DNA from: an uncultured delta proteobacterium
GTDB lineage: Bacteria; Desulfobacterota; WTBG01; CAIYCZ01
NCBI GenBank assembly: GCA_963803975.1
Contig: CAWDOY010000012.1
Coordinates: forward strand, 1-64,000
Length of the DNA: 64,000 nt
Reading direction: 5' to 3'
In this document: positions 1-7,870 of the stretch, in pieces
Layout of the letters: each line of letters starts with the position of its first letter
Numbering within the stretch: position 1 is the first letter of the stretch
Notes under the pieces: model-generated
Seen by the model: the letters and a program-made list of their open reading frames with translations, nothing else
What the model was told of the DNA's origin: nothing
Databases searched by the model: none
Position numbers and translations under genes: made by a program

Positions 1-60
1 TTTAAAAACTTCTTTAATAAGAAGCCTAAAAGGAAATTAGCACAGCAATGCTTTCGTCAT

Positions 61-95
61 TTTTGTGTGTCCCTTGTGTGTCCTTTCCCCTGAAA
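61..95. repeat. Tandem TGTGTGTCC direct repeats (64-72, 75-83), putative integrase arm-type sites
   Basis: TTTGTGTGTCCCTTGTGTGTCCTTTCCCCTGAAAT nearly matches 24962-24997; both lie ~110-140 bp upstream of a tRNA-Asp fragment. Confidence 0.6.
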
Positions 96-201
96 TTTGC
101 TTCAAATGAAGTCACCAAGCTAAAGGCCATAAAAAAAAATTAAATTATGTAATTTTAAATAGTTAAAAAAATCAGGGTAGGTTTTACGGCCCACGATTTC
201 A

Positions 202-221
202 TGTCACGCCGGAGGTCGCGA
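202..221 (+). mobile_element. Truncated att-like copy of tRNA-Asp anticodon-arm/variable region
   Basis: TGTCACGCCGGAGGTCGCGA is identical to 25093-25112. Confidence 0.8.
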
Positions 222-396
222 ATTGCCTGATAATGATAGAGGGTAGGATGGTATTTCCGCAGGCCCTGCCAGCTTTGGTCAAATCATCTTTTTTGTCAAT
301 AAGTGCAACATCACAACTGGTTTCATTAAGTGCCTTGGTTGCCAGCAGACCCGATGGCCCTGCTCCAATTACAGTTACACACTAGCGTTCTCTCAT
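222..396 (-). pseudogene. N-terminal fragment of a second FAD-dependent oxidoreductase (GGR/FixC-like)
   Basis: Hand translation from ATG 396 (overlaps the upstream stop): MRER*CVTVIGAGPSGLLATKALNETSCDVALIDKKDDLTKAGRACG; Rossmann motif, internal TAG, runs into the att copy. Confidence 0.75.
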
Positions 397-1787
397 GTCT
401 TTTCTCCGATAACATCATTCGCTCCCGGTAGGACGATTTTACTTGTGTCGATTTTACTATTATTTTCTTTGATCTGCTCAATCAATCCGATGAAGTCAGT
501 CAGCGTAGCGTGTTTCAAGCCTTCAAGACGCTGCTTCCATTCATCCTTTATGCCCGGCAACGACTGGAGATGCTCTATGATGGATCGGGCAAAGCCGTAA
601 GGATTGCCGTTAAAGCTATCGACCACGAAAGGCTTTTTTTGGGCAAGTTCGAACAGACGATCCATTACCTCCGGACCCATCCACACATTAAATACAAACC
701 GCTTTGCATATTCAGCCATTTTCTGCAAATCATTAGTCATCTCAAACGCCCTGTTATTCCACCAATCAGTATATTCCTCAAATCCATTCTCTCCGGAAAA
801 TTCCTTCTCGATTGCTACAGCCCCCATGTACCCACACGCGGTTGCCCCGGGATATAGTGATTCTGCCATTGCGGCAGAATCCCCGAGAAATATAGTGTCA
901 CCCTTGTGAGGTGTTTTCATTGCGGGAAACATCTGCATGAGCGCAGAATGTTTGCTGAGTATTGTGGCATTTTTGAACCAGTGTGAGAACTTGCTTTTTT
1001 TTGTCAAATATTCAATCGCATAGAAGTTATTTATTGCCGGCCCATGAACTGCCGTCTCAATGCGGTACTCTTTTTCACCGGAGACTCCCGGAACCATTAT
1101 GATAAAGCCGTCCATCCCGAGGTTTTCCTTGCCAAATATCCCGATATCGCCATCATCAAATGGCGTGTCAACGTTATCCATGTGATATTCAACGGTTGGT
1201 GCGCTGTCCATAAGCGGACGGTCTTTATTCATGCCAAGGCACTTTGCAAGGCGTGATGACAAGCCATCGGCTGCAACGAGCTTTCGACAGGTCATACTGC
1301 GCTTCCGCTTGCCAGGCTGGCGAACATCGATCTCCATGCCCCCGGCTATTGTGCGGGCATTAACAACCATCGTCTGCGTAAGTAAAGGAACCCTCAGTCT
1401 CATGGCTTCATCGTAAAGACCCTTGAGCCAGGTGGTTGGGTCCATGATGTGCATGAAAGGATCCTTACGGCAGGTAACCGTATAAATGTTCCCGGCATTG
1501 GAAATCAGATGGGTTTTATAGACCGCTTTTGATTTTCCCGGGTAAACATATGAAAAGCCCGCACGGGTAAATTTGAGCAGCGTCGTATCTCCCCGCGGTT
1601 CATTGTGGATATACTCCCCGTTGAAATCCTGTTCATCAAACAGAAAGCCTGCCGCAGCCCGGTAGTTGCGATCCAGGCGAACTTTCATATCAATGCCGGC
1701 AACATTTATACCCCTTCTTTTTAATTCAATACATGCCATGAGACCGGCCGGGCCACATCCCACGGCTATGACATCATAATCAAACAT
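393..1787 (-). CDS. FAD-dependent oxidoreductase, geranylgeranyl reductase/FixC-like family
   Basis: YDVIAVGCGPAG, AADG and LGDSA motifs; start moved to ATG 1787, which follows an AGGAG RBS. Confidence 0.8.
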   Translation of the reverse strand: MFDYDVIAVGCGPAGLMACIELKRRGINVAGIDMKVRLDRNYRAAAGFLFDEQDFNGEYIHNEPRGDTTLLKFTRAGFSYVYPGKSKAVYKTHLISNAGNIYTVTCRKDPFMHIMDPTTWLKGLYDEAMRLRVPLLTQTMVVNARTIAGGMEIDVRQPGKRKRSMTCRKLVAADGLSSRLAKCLGMNKDRPLMDSAPTVEYHMDNVDTPFDDGDIGIFGKENLGMDGFIIMVPGVSGEKEYRIETAVHGPAINNFYAIEYLTKKSKFSHWFKNATILSKHSALMQMFPAMKTPHKGDTIFLGDSAAMAESLYPGATACGYMGAVAIEKEFSGENGFEEYTDWWNNRAFEMTNDLQKMAEYAKRFVFNVWMGPEVMDRLFELAQKKPFVVDSFNGNPYGFARSIIEHLQSLPGIKDEWKQRLEGLKHATLTDFIGLIEQIKENNSKIDTSKIVLPGANDVIGEKT

Positions 1788-1852
1788 GAAAACAGCTCCT
1801 CCCTGAGAGCTTGAAACCTGCCACCCCATGTAAACGGGAAGAGAAAATTTTT

Positions 1853-2794
1853 CTACCGCACCTTTACTGCTCCCCAGCCGCAGACATCTGTGCAGCTTTG
1901 GCACCCGCAGCAGTTCTGCTCAAATATCTGCGATTTCTGGTCCTCCCCATCTGCAATAAACTGTGCGGCACCCACAGGACATACAACAATACAGGCATTA
2001 CAAGCCGTACAGAGATCCTTGTCAACAACCGGATAGCTCCGGCAGGAGGGGCAGAGTTTGAAAAAGTCCATCTGGTAACTGTGATCTTCTGCAATCTTTT
2101 TAAGAAGAGGAAGCGGGGCAAAAGGATTGCCGCATTTTTCGCAGATTTTCAGGTTGTGCTCGACCTGCCAGTTGCTTATTTCCCGCTTTGGCCCTTCCTG
2201 CTTACACTCCCCGGGCATACATTCCATGGTCTGTGCAAAGTCATTTATTTTTATGATGCCTGTGGGACACACAAAAGCACACGAGCCGCAGCCCACGCAG
2301 CTTTCAGCAGTCGCATGAAACGGGCTGTCCACGATTTTTTCGATTCCCGTTCCTGCAAAACCTATTGCTCCTGCCTGCACAACCTCATTACACGCCCGAA
2401 CGCACAGGCCGCATAATATGCAGTAGCTGTTGTCTTTGCTCCACTGTGCAGGGATTTCAACAACCTGATACTCCGTAGCAAGCTCCTGTATTATCTTGAC
2501 GTTGGGGCAGCGGGCCAGCAGAAGCTCAATCACCATTCTTCTTCCTTCTATTACACGGGGGCTGCCGGTTTCCACCATAAGCCCTTCAGACACAGGATAG
2601 GTACATGCGCTTTCGATCACTGTCTGCCCGTGCTGTTCTATTTCAACGATACACAACCTGCAGGCTCCATAGGGCTTAAGGGCGTCATTATGGCACAGCG
2701 TTGGGATAGAGATACCGTGCACCCGTGCCACCTCAAGTATTGTTTGGCCCTCCCGTGCCTTAACCTTCTTCCCGTTAATCGTGATTGTTATCAT
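1853..2794 (-). CDS. NuoG/HydA-N-terminal-like Fe-S protein (2Fe-2S plus several 4Fe-4S)
   Basis: IPTLC..GACRLC, CILCGLCVRAC, CVGCGSCAFVCP, CTACNACIVVCP, CCGCQSCTDVC. Confidence 0.85.
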   Translation of the reverse strand: MITITINGKKVKAREGQTILEVARVHGISIPTLCHNDALKPYGACRLCIVEIEQHGQTVIESACTYPVSEGLMVETGSPRVIEGRRMVIELLLARCPNVKIIQELATEYQVVEIPAQWSKDNSYCILCGLCVRACNEVVQAGAIGFAGTGIEKIVDSPFHATAESCVGCGSCAFVCPTGIIKINDFAQTMECMPGECKQEGPKREISNWQVEHNLKICEKCGNPFAPLPLLKKIAEDHSYQMDFFKLCPSCRSYPVVDKDLCTACNACIVVCPVGAAQFIADGEDQKSQIFEQNCCGCQSCTDVCGWGAVKVR

Positions 2795-2862
2795 GTTGTG
2801 CCTGTTTTGCTTTGCGTATCAACGCAGCAGGTGACGCGGTTATTAAAAACTCTTTTTAAACA

Positions 2863-4347
2863 CTACTGAAAAATACTGCCCGGTTGCATGATCCCGTTGG
2901 GGTCAAGCCTGTCCCTGATTTTATCTGCGAGATCGTGGTAGGGACCAAGCACTGCCGGCAAACCCTCTCGCGGATTTCTGTTAAACGGGAGCACGATTTG
3001 GCCGCTTCGGGCAGCATATTGGGGCAAGACGTGGCCGATTCTTTTCACCACCTCCTGCCATTTTTGATCTCCCGGGTGGCTGTCTATTCCGAACTCGGCA
3101 AAATAGTAGTGCCCTCCCTCGAAGGGATAGGCAATAGTGGAGCGCCAGTACTCACCGTGGCCAAAATCAGGATCTGAGAAGTCAGGATCATCCATAACAG
3201 CACGGCTATAGACTTTATACAATTCCGCAAGCCGGTCAGGAGAAGGGAAGCCGGCGATGACCCAATTAACTCCGCGCGAGCCCCAGTATTTCATGGAATA
3301 ATCAGAGTAGAAGCTGCCGGACATTCCAGCATGCGATTCGACAAAACTCTCATAGGGCGCAAACTTATCGGTTATTATCTTGCCGCCTGTTTTCTCTGCC
3401 ACGTTCCGAACCACAGACTCTTCATACTGAATCTGTCGTTTGGTGCCTTCCAGCGAAATGATCAACTGAAACTCCGGGTTTGCGCGAATCATCCGTTCCA
3501 TTGCCTCTCGTGTGTCCGTGAAATAGGAGGAATATTTATTTCCAGCGTAAAGATTTATCCCCTTGCAGATTTCTTTTCTGGACAGCTCCCGGAAGGCTTC
3601 GGAAGCCCGGTCAATATCTTCGTAGGAGACCCAGAATTCCTTGTACTGCTCACCCCTAAGCCAGCACTTTATGGTCATCCGGGTTACAATTCCGGTGGTG
3701 CTTAGGGCATGGACAGGAAAAAGGTGCAGATCAGGACCGGGACCGTGCGGCCAGAACTCCTTGCCAATGAACGGGTCAGCACCAGAGCCCACTTTAAACA
3801 GGCTGCCATCAGGAAGTACCATGGTAAATCCGATGATTCCTTTCTCCTGGCGACCCACCCTGTTCGTTACCTTTAACCCCAGCCCGATGATAATGTTGGA
3901 AACAACGCTTGCGGTTGATGGATTGCCCGGCACGGGTATATACATGCCCCGCTTGAGCAGCTCACGGGAAAGCCTGGCAATTGTTACATAGGGCTCAACG
4001 GTTGCAGTAAGATTTTCTTCATCGATTTCTATGATCTGGTCCATCCGTTTCATGTCCATGAGAATACCGCCTCGAAGAGGAACACACACACCGGCAACAT
4101 TGAGCCCGGTAGTCTGGATCGTAATGGGCTCCAGGTATTTTCTGGCTATATTCACAACTTTTTGAACTTCTTCAGTAGTTCCGGGAAGAACCACACAGAA
4201 GGGGGGCCGTATGACAGATGAGAGATTTTCAGGATAGAGGTTGGCGTCACGAGAATAGGCGCATATGATTTCTGGATCACCTGAAACCCATTCATCCCCC
4301 ACGATATTTTTAAGTTCCCTGATTAATCGGTCTTCATCCTGTTGCAT
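2863..4347 (-). CDS. FAD-binding oxidoreductase (VAO/PCMH family), type B
   Basis: VVLPGTTEEVQ, ILMDMKRMDQI, C-terminal LDPNGIMQPG. Confidence 0.85.
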   Translation of the reverse strand: MQQDEDRLIRELKNIVGDEWVSGDPEIICAYSRDANLYPENLSSVIRPPFCVVLPGTTEEVQKVVNIARKYLEPITIQTTGLNVAGVCVPLRGGILMDMKRMDQIIEIDEENLTATVEPYVTIARLSRELLKRGMYIPVPGNPSTASVVSNIIIGLGLKVTNRVGRQEKGIIGFTMVLPDGSLFKVGSGADPFIGKEFWPHGPGPDLHLFPVHALSTTGIVTRMTIKCWLRGEQYKEFWVSYEDIDRASEAFRELSRKEICKGINLYAGNKYSSYFTDTREAMERMIRANPEFQLIISLEGTKRQIQYEESVVRNVAEKTGGKIITDKFAPYESFVESHAGMSGSFYSDYSMKYWGSRGVNWVIAGFPSPDRLAELYKVYSRAVMDDPDFSDPDFGHGEYWRSTIAYPFEGGHYYFAEFGIDSHPGDQKWQEVVKRIGHVLPQYAARSGQIVLPFNRNPREGLPAVLGPYHDLADKIRDRLDPNGIMQPGSIFQ

Positions 4348-4350
4348 CGA

Positions 4351-5550
4351 TTAGCCCTCTGCCGCTTCGTTGACTACTTCCATCAGATCTTTAATCACCA
4401 TACCGGCCGCCCGTGCACTGCTCCACAGGTTCTCCTTGCATCCCGGGCAGGCCGTGATGATAAGATCCGCCTGAACCTGCCTGATCTCCTCGAACCGTTC
4501 CCGCGCTATCCACTGGGAGTATTGAGGAAAGGCTTCCTGCACGCCTCCCCCGGCGCCGCAACACCATGCATTCTTCCTGTTGCGCGGCATCTCAACAAGC
4601 TCCAGCCCGGGAATCGATGACAAAAGGGCTCTGGGTTCATCGTAAACCCCCTGGTGCCTCCCCAGGTAGCATGGATCCTGGAAAACAGCTCGTGTTTTTT
4701 GAGCCCGTAAAACCAGATTGCTCTCTTTGACAGCGGGGATGAGAAACTGGCTGATATGGAGAGCTTTAAATTTCTTGGGAATGCCGAATTTTTCAATGTT
4801 GTTAAATGTGCTGAAACACTCCGCACAGGAAAAAATCACTGTCTGCGCGCCGGAGGAGGCAATCTGCGCTACATTGTGCCTCATGAGTTCAACCGCAGCA
4901 TCTTCTGCGCCGATATCGAGCAAAGGCCTGCCGCAGCATCGCTCATCAGCAAGAAAAAAAAGCGGTATCCCAAGCTTGCGTGTAAGGAGTGCATGAGCAT
5001 TCAGTGCAATCTCGGTTCTATTGAAGCTGGACCGGCACCCTACGAAATAGACGACATCGGAAGGGCGCCCCTCCTGCGGCTCCAGGTCCCCAAGCCATCC
5101 CCGCCTATCCCGGTTGTTCCGGTTGAGGCGGTTGCTGCTTTTCCGGATATTCTCAATAATCCTTTTATGCTGCGGAAGCAGTTCGCCGCCGTGGCGAACA
5201 AAATGTTTCCGCATTTCCATTTCAAGCTTGAGAGGATATCGCCACTGGGTTGCCTGGCACCACTCCTCGCAGGCACCGCACGTTGTACAGGTATACAGAA
5301 TATGCCTGAGTCGCTCAGTGAGCCCCTGCTCGCCCTCAATCAGCCTTCGCGCCAGTTCGCTTCTCCCGCTCGCAAAGTAAGGCTCAAACTTAAACCGGTC
5401 ACCAGAAGGGCACTGCCTGCCAAATCGGCCATGCTCAGTATCCGACGGAAATACGTTTTTGCAATAGCCACATTTGGCACAACGCCACGTCATCTCATAG
5501 TAATCGCCAAGACATTTCCTGATGAACGGATAGCAGTACTCTTGTGCCAT
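4351..5550 (-). CDS. Fe-S oxidoreductase with 4Fe-4S dicluster and two CCG domains (GlcF/HdrD-like)
   Basis: CAKCGYC, CTTCGACEEWC, FVGC..RCCG..SCAEC, DPCYLGR..WCCGAGGG..TACPGC. Confidence 0.9.
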   Translation of the reverse strand: MAQEYCYPFIRKCLGDYYEMTWRCAKCGYCKNVFPSDTEHGRFGRQCPSGDRFKFEPYFASGRSELARRLIEGEQGLTERLRHILYTCTTCGACEEWCQATQWRYPLKLEMEMRKHFVRHGGELLPQHKRIIENIRKSSNRLNRNNRDRRGWLGDLEPQEGRPSDVVYFVGCRSSFNRTEIALNAHALLTRKLGIPLFFLADERCCGRPLLDIGAEDAAVELMRHNVAQIASSGAQTVIFSCAECFSTFNNIEKFGIPKKFKALHISQFLIPAVKESNLVLRAQKTRAVFQDPCYLGRHQGVYDEPRALLSSIPGLELVEMPRNRKNAWCCGAGGGVQEAFPQYSQWIARERFEEIRQVQADLIITACPGCKENLWSSARAAGMVIKDLMEVVNEAAEG

Positions 5551-5563
5551 ATCGTTTACAGCC

Positions 5564-6985
5564 TTAAAGGTTAAGTTTTCCCGGGTTCATAATATTCTCC
5601 GGATCAATTGCCTCCTTGATTTGCTTCAGCATGGCCTTATATGTACCCGCCTTAGCATAGACCTGTCCTGCCCACAACCCGTAGGGCCTGGAAAAAAACG
5701 CCCCCATCCTGAGCAGGGTACTGCTCATTGTCCCGAAGAGTTTCTCAACTATTTTATAGTCCTCAGAGCCTGCAGGCCCGGTATAAAAGGCAAATTGAAA
5801 ATGAATCCGGGATGGCTCAACAGGCAACAACAGCGAGCCAATGTTTTTTACATCATATCCAAAACCACGGGCAATATCGGCAACAACCCGATTGAATATC
5901 GGCAGTTGGCGCGTCATGCAGATGAATGGTATCACGCCATAATATCCTTTAATTTTTTTAAACTTTTCATATCCATCGGGAAACTCTATTTCCTGAAGCA
6001 GTTTCTTTGCGGCCTCCCTGTCTGCAGGCAAGGCATCCAGGAGCTCAACGTTCATTTTTTCTGCAAGCTCAGAAAGATCAGCCACCTGGTACTCAACCTG
6101 CTCTTTTTCTCCCCGCAGGACAAGTACCGCCGTTTGCGGGGACAGGGTGTGCTGCAGCGATGAAAATGTTTCTTGATCTGCAGAGAGAAGTCCCGCAAGA
6201 TAAGTTGCATCTGCAATAAAAAATTCTACCGGGCTGTCCAGCCGCTTTATCTCTTTTAGAACCGGGAAACTTGCTTCAAATGAGGTGAAGGGGATAAAAA
6301 GCACCCGCTGTGTTTCAAAATCGGTCTTGAGCTTTATCGTCGCCCTGGTAACAATACCCAGCGTACCCTGTGCGCCGCAAAAAACCTTGTTTAAATATGC
6401 TGGCATGGTGCCGAACGGAAAATAGGCCTTGTCCATTACGGGTATTGCAGCCATACCGGTTTTAATAAGTTCACCGTTAGGCAGGAGCACCTCCATTGTC
6501 AAAATGGACTCTGTTCCGTATTTAGGCCATGAATACAAGGGGGTCATTTCTACATGGGTTGAGATAACCGAGGACTCTGCCGGGAGTTCGATCGGGGTGA
6601 GCACCCTGAGGCCGCGTGCTTTTGCGCTTTTCTGCAGCTCTGCAAAGGTGACTCCAGGTTCGATGACAGCGTTTCTGCACATATCATCGATAAGGTGAAT
6701 CCTGTTCAGCCTTCTCAAATCAATGATGACACCGGGGATAGAAGGGATTGAGCCACCGTGGCCATTGGTCCTCGAACTGCTGGGGGTCACCGGCATTTTA
6801 TTGAGTGCCGCAACTTTAAGAACAGACTGAATCTCCTCGACGCTGCCCGGTTTTACTGCAAGGAGAGGAGATCGCGGGGGTATGAAGGTTATGTTATCCT
6901 GGGCATAGGACTTCAGGTCTTCCGGTTCGCAGATGACATGTTCTTCACCGACCACAGCTTTTAACTGTTCCTTGATAATTTCCAC
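5564..6985 (-). CDS. FAD-binding oxidoreductase (VAO/PCMH family), type A
   Basis: VKPGSVEEIQ, DLRRLNRI, EPGVTF, GAQGTLGIVT, DPENIMNPGK. Confidence 0.85.
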   Translation of the reverse strand: MEIIKEQLKAVVGEEHVICEPEDLKSYAQDNITFIPPRSPLLAVKPGSVEEIQSVLKVAALNKMPVTPSSSRTNGHGGSIPSIPGVIIDLRRLNRIHLIDDMCRNAVIEPGVTFAELQKSAKARGLRVLTPIELPAESSVISTHVEMTPLYSWPKYGTESILTMEVLLPNGELIKTGMAAIPVMDKAYFPFGTMPAYLNKVFCGAQGTLGIVTRATIKLKTDFETQRVLFIPFTSFEASFPVLKEIKRLDSPVEFFIADATYLAGLLSADQETFSSLQHTLSPQTAVLVLRGEKEQVEYQVADLSELAEKMNVELLDALPADREAAKKLLQEIEFPDGYEKFKKIKGYYGVIPFICMTRQLPIFNRVVADIARGFGYDVKNIGSLLLPVEPSRIHFQFAFYTGPAGSEDYKIVEKLFGTMSSTLLRMGAFFSRPYGLWAGQVYAKAGTYKAMLKQIKEAIDPENIMNPGKLNL

Positions 6986-7188
6986 AGCTTTTCCTTATTG
7001 CAAACCTATCATATTGCTCTTAGTCCGTGCCGACAGTTGCAACGGAAATGCCTTCTGGCAAAGACTCAGATAATAGCTTTTCACACCCTTGCGGCAAGCG
7101 AGCAGGGTGTTCTGTGCCAGAAAGTTTCCCCGCCTTCTCTTGATGCTCATGGAGATACGATGCAGGCCCACTGCATTTCTGCTACATC

Positions 7189-7725
7189 CTACAATCCCTC
7201 AATTGCGCACATGAGTTCCGGGTCAAATTCCACCAGCTCCTGCATGGCAACCAGTATTTCCAGAATGGTAACCCAGTCTGAGTGCGGCAGTTGCCGGGAA
7301 AAGGTTATGGTCACGTCATCCATTCCCAGCACCCACACCCATCGGTGCCTTCCGAGGATAGTTTTTTTGAATAGTTCCTTTGAAAGCTCCACGGTCAAAT
7401 GGGGATCAGTCCAGCTATCATTTTTCACGCTGAACTTACCCTCGCTAAGGGAAACTGCAAATCGCACTGTTTCACTATCGTCATGAATGCCCAGGCCAAT
7501 TACCGCACTGCTCACAAGAAGACTGGTGCCCCCGAAGGGATAACACCTCACTGCCCGCACGCATGCGCTGGCTCCTTCCTGACGTGCGCGCAGGTAATGT
7601 CCATCAGGAATTCCAGAAAAAGTTTTGAAACCATTCAACCGCCTGCGCAGTTCCTCATCGTTGTTCAGATAGGTTTCAAGTTTCTGAGTAAATTCAGTAA
7701 GTGCCAGATTCATGACTACCTTCAT
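7189..7725 (-). CDS. SCP2 (sterol carrier)-like protein with an internal insertion
   Basis: Paralog of 22531-22950 (LNNDEEL/LNADEEL, EGKFSV/EGKFKV, TILEIL/TIIEML); SCP2-like pattern judged by eye. Confidence 0.55.
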   Translation of the reverse strand: MKVVMNLALTEFTQKLETYLNNDEELRRRLNGFKTFSGIPDGHYLRARQEGASACVRAVRCYPFGGTSLLVSSAVIGLGIHDDSETVRFAVSLSEGKFSVKNDSWTDPHLTVELSKELFKKTILGRHRWVWVLGMDDVTITFSRQLPHSDWVTILEILVAMQELVEFDPELMCAIEGL

Positions 7726-7870
7726 TTAACCACAACGCCTGCTCCACAATGCTAACAACAGGAGCTCTCTGGTGAGGCATCGTGAAACAGCATAATGTTT
7801 GCGAACATCCACCAGAGATTAGTACAGCAGAAGGGGATCCGCTGCTGGCCGGATGGTAACCTGTTCATGA

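Noticed and set aside
382..384. In-frame TAG as pyrrolysine or readthrough
   Set aside because: The gene is also truncated after ~55 codons, so decay is the simpler explanation; no pyl genes are in the window
4756..5574. Long antisense ORFs (also 20280-20918, 32793-33593, 34616-35491, 44266-45063, 60611-61453)
   Set aside because: Shadows of real genes on the opposite strand, with no recognisable motifs
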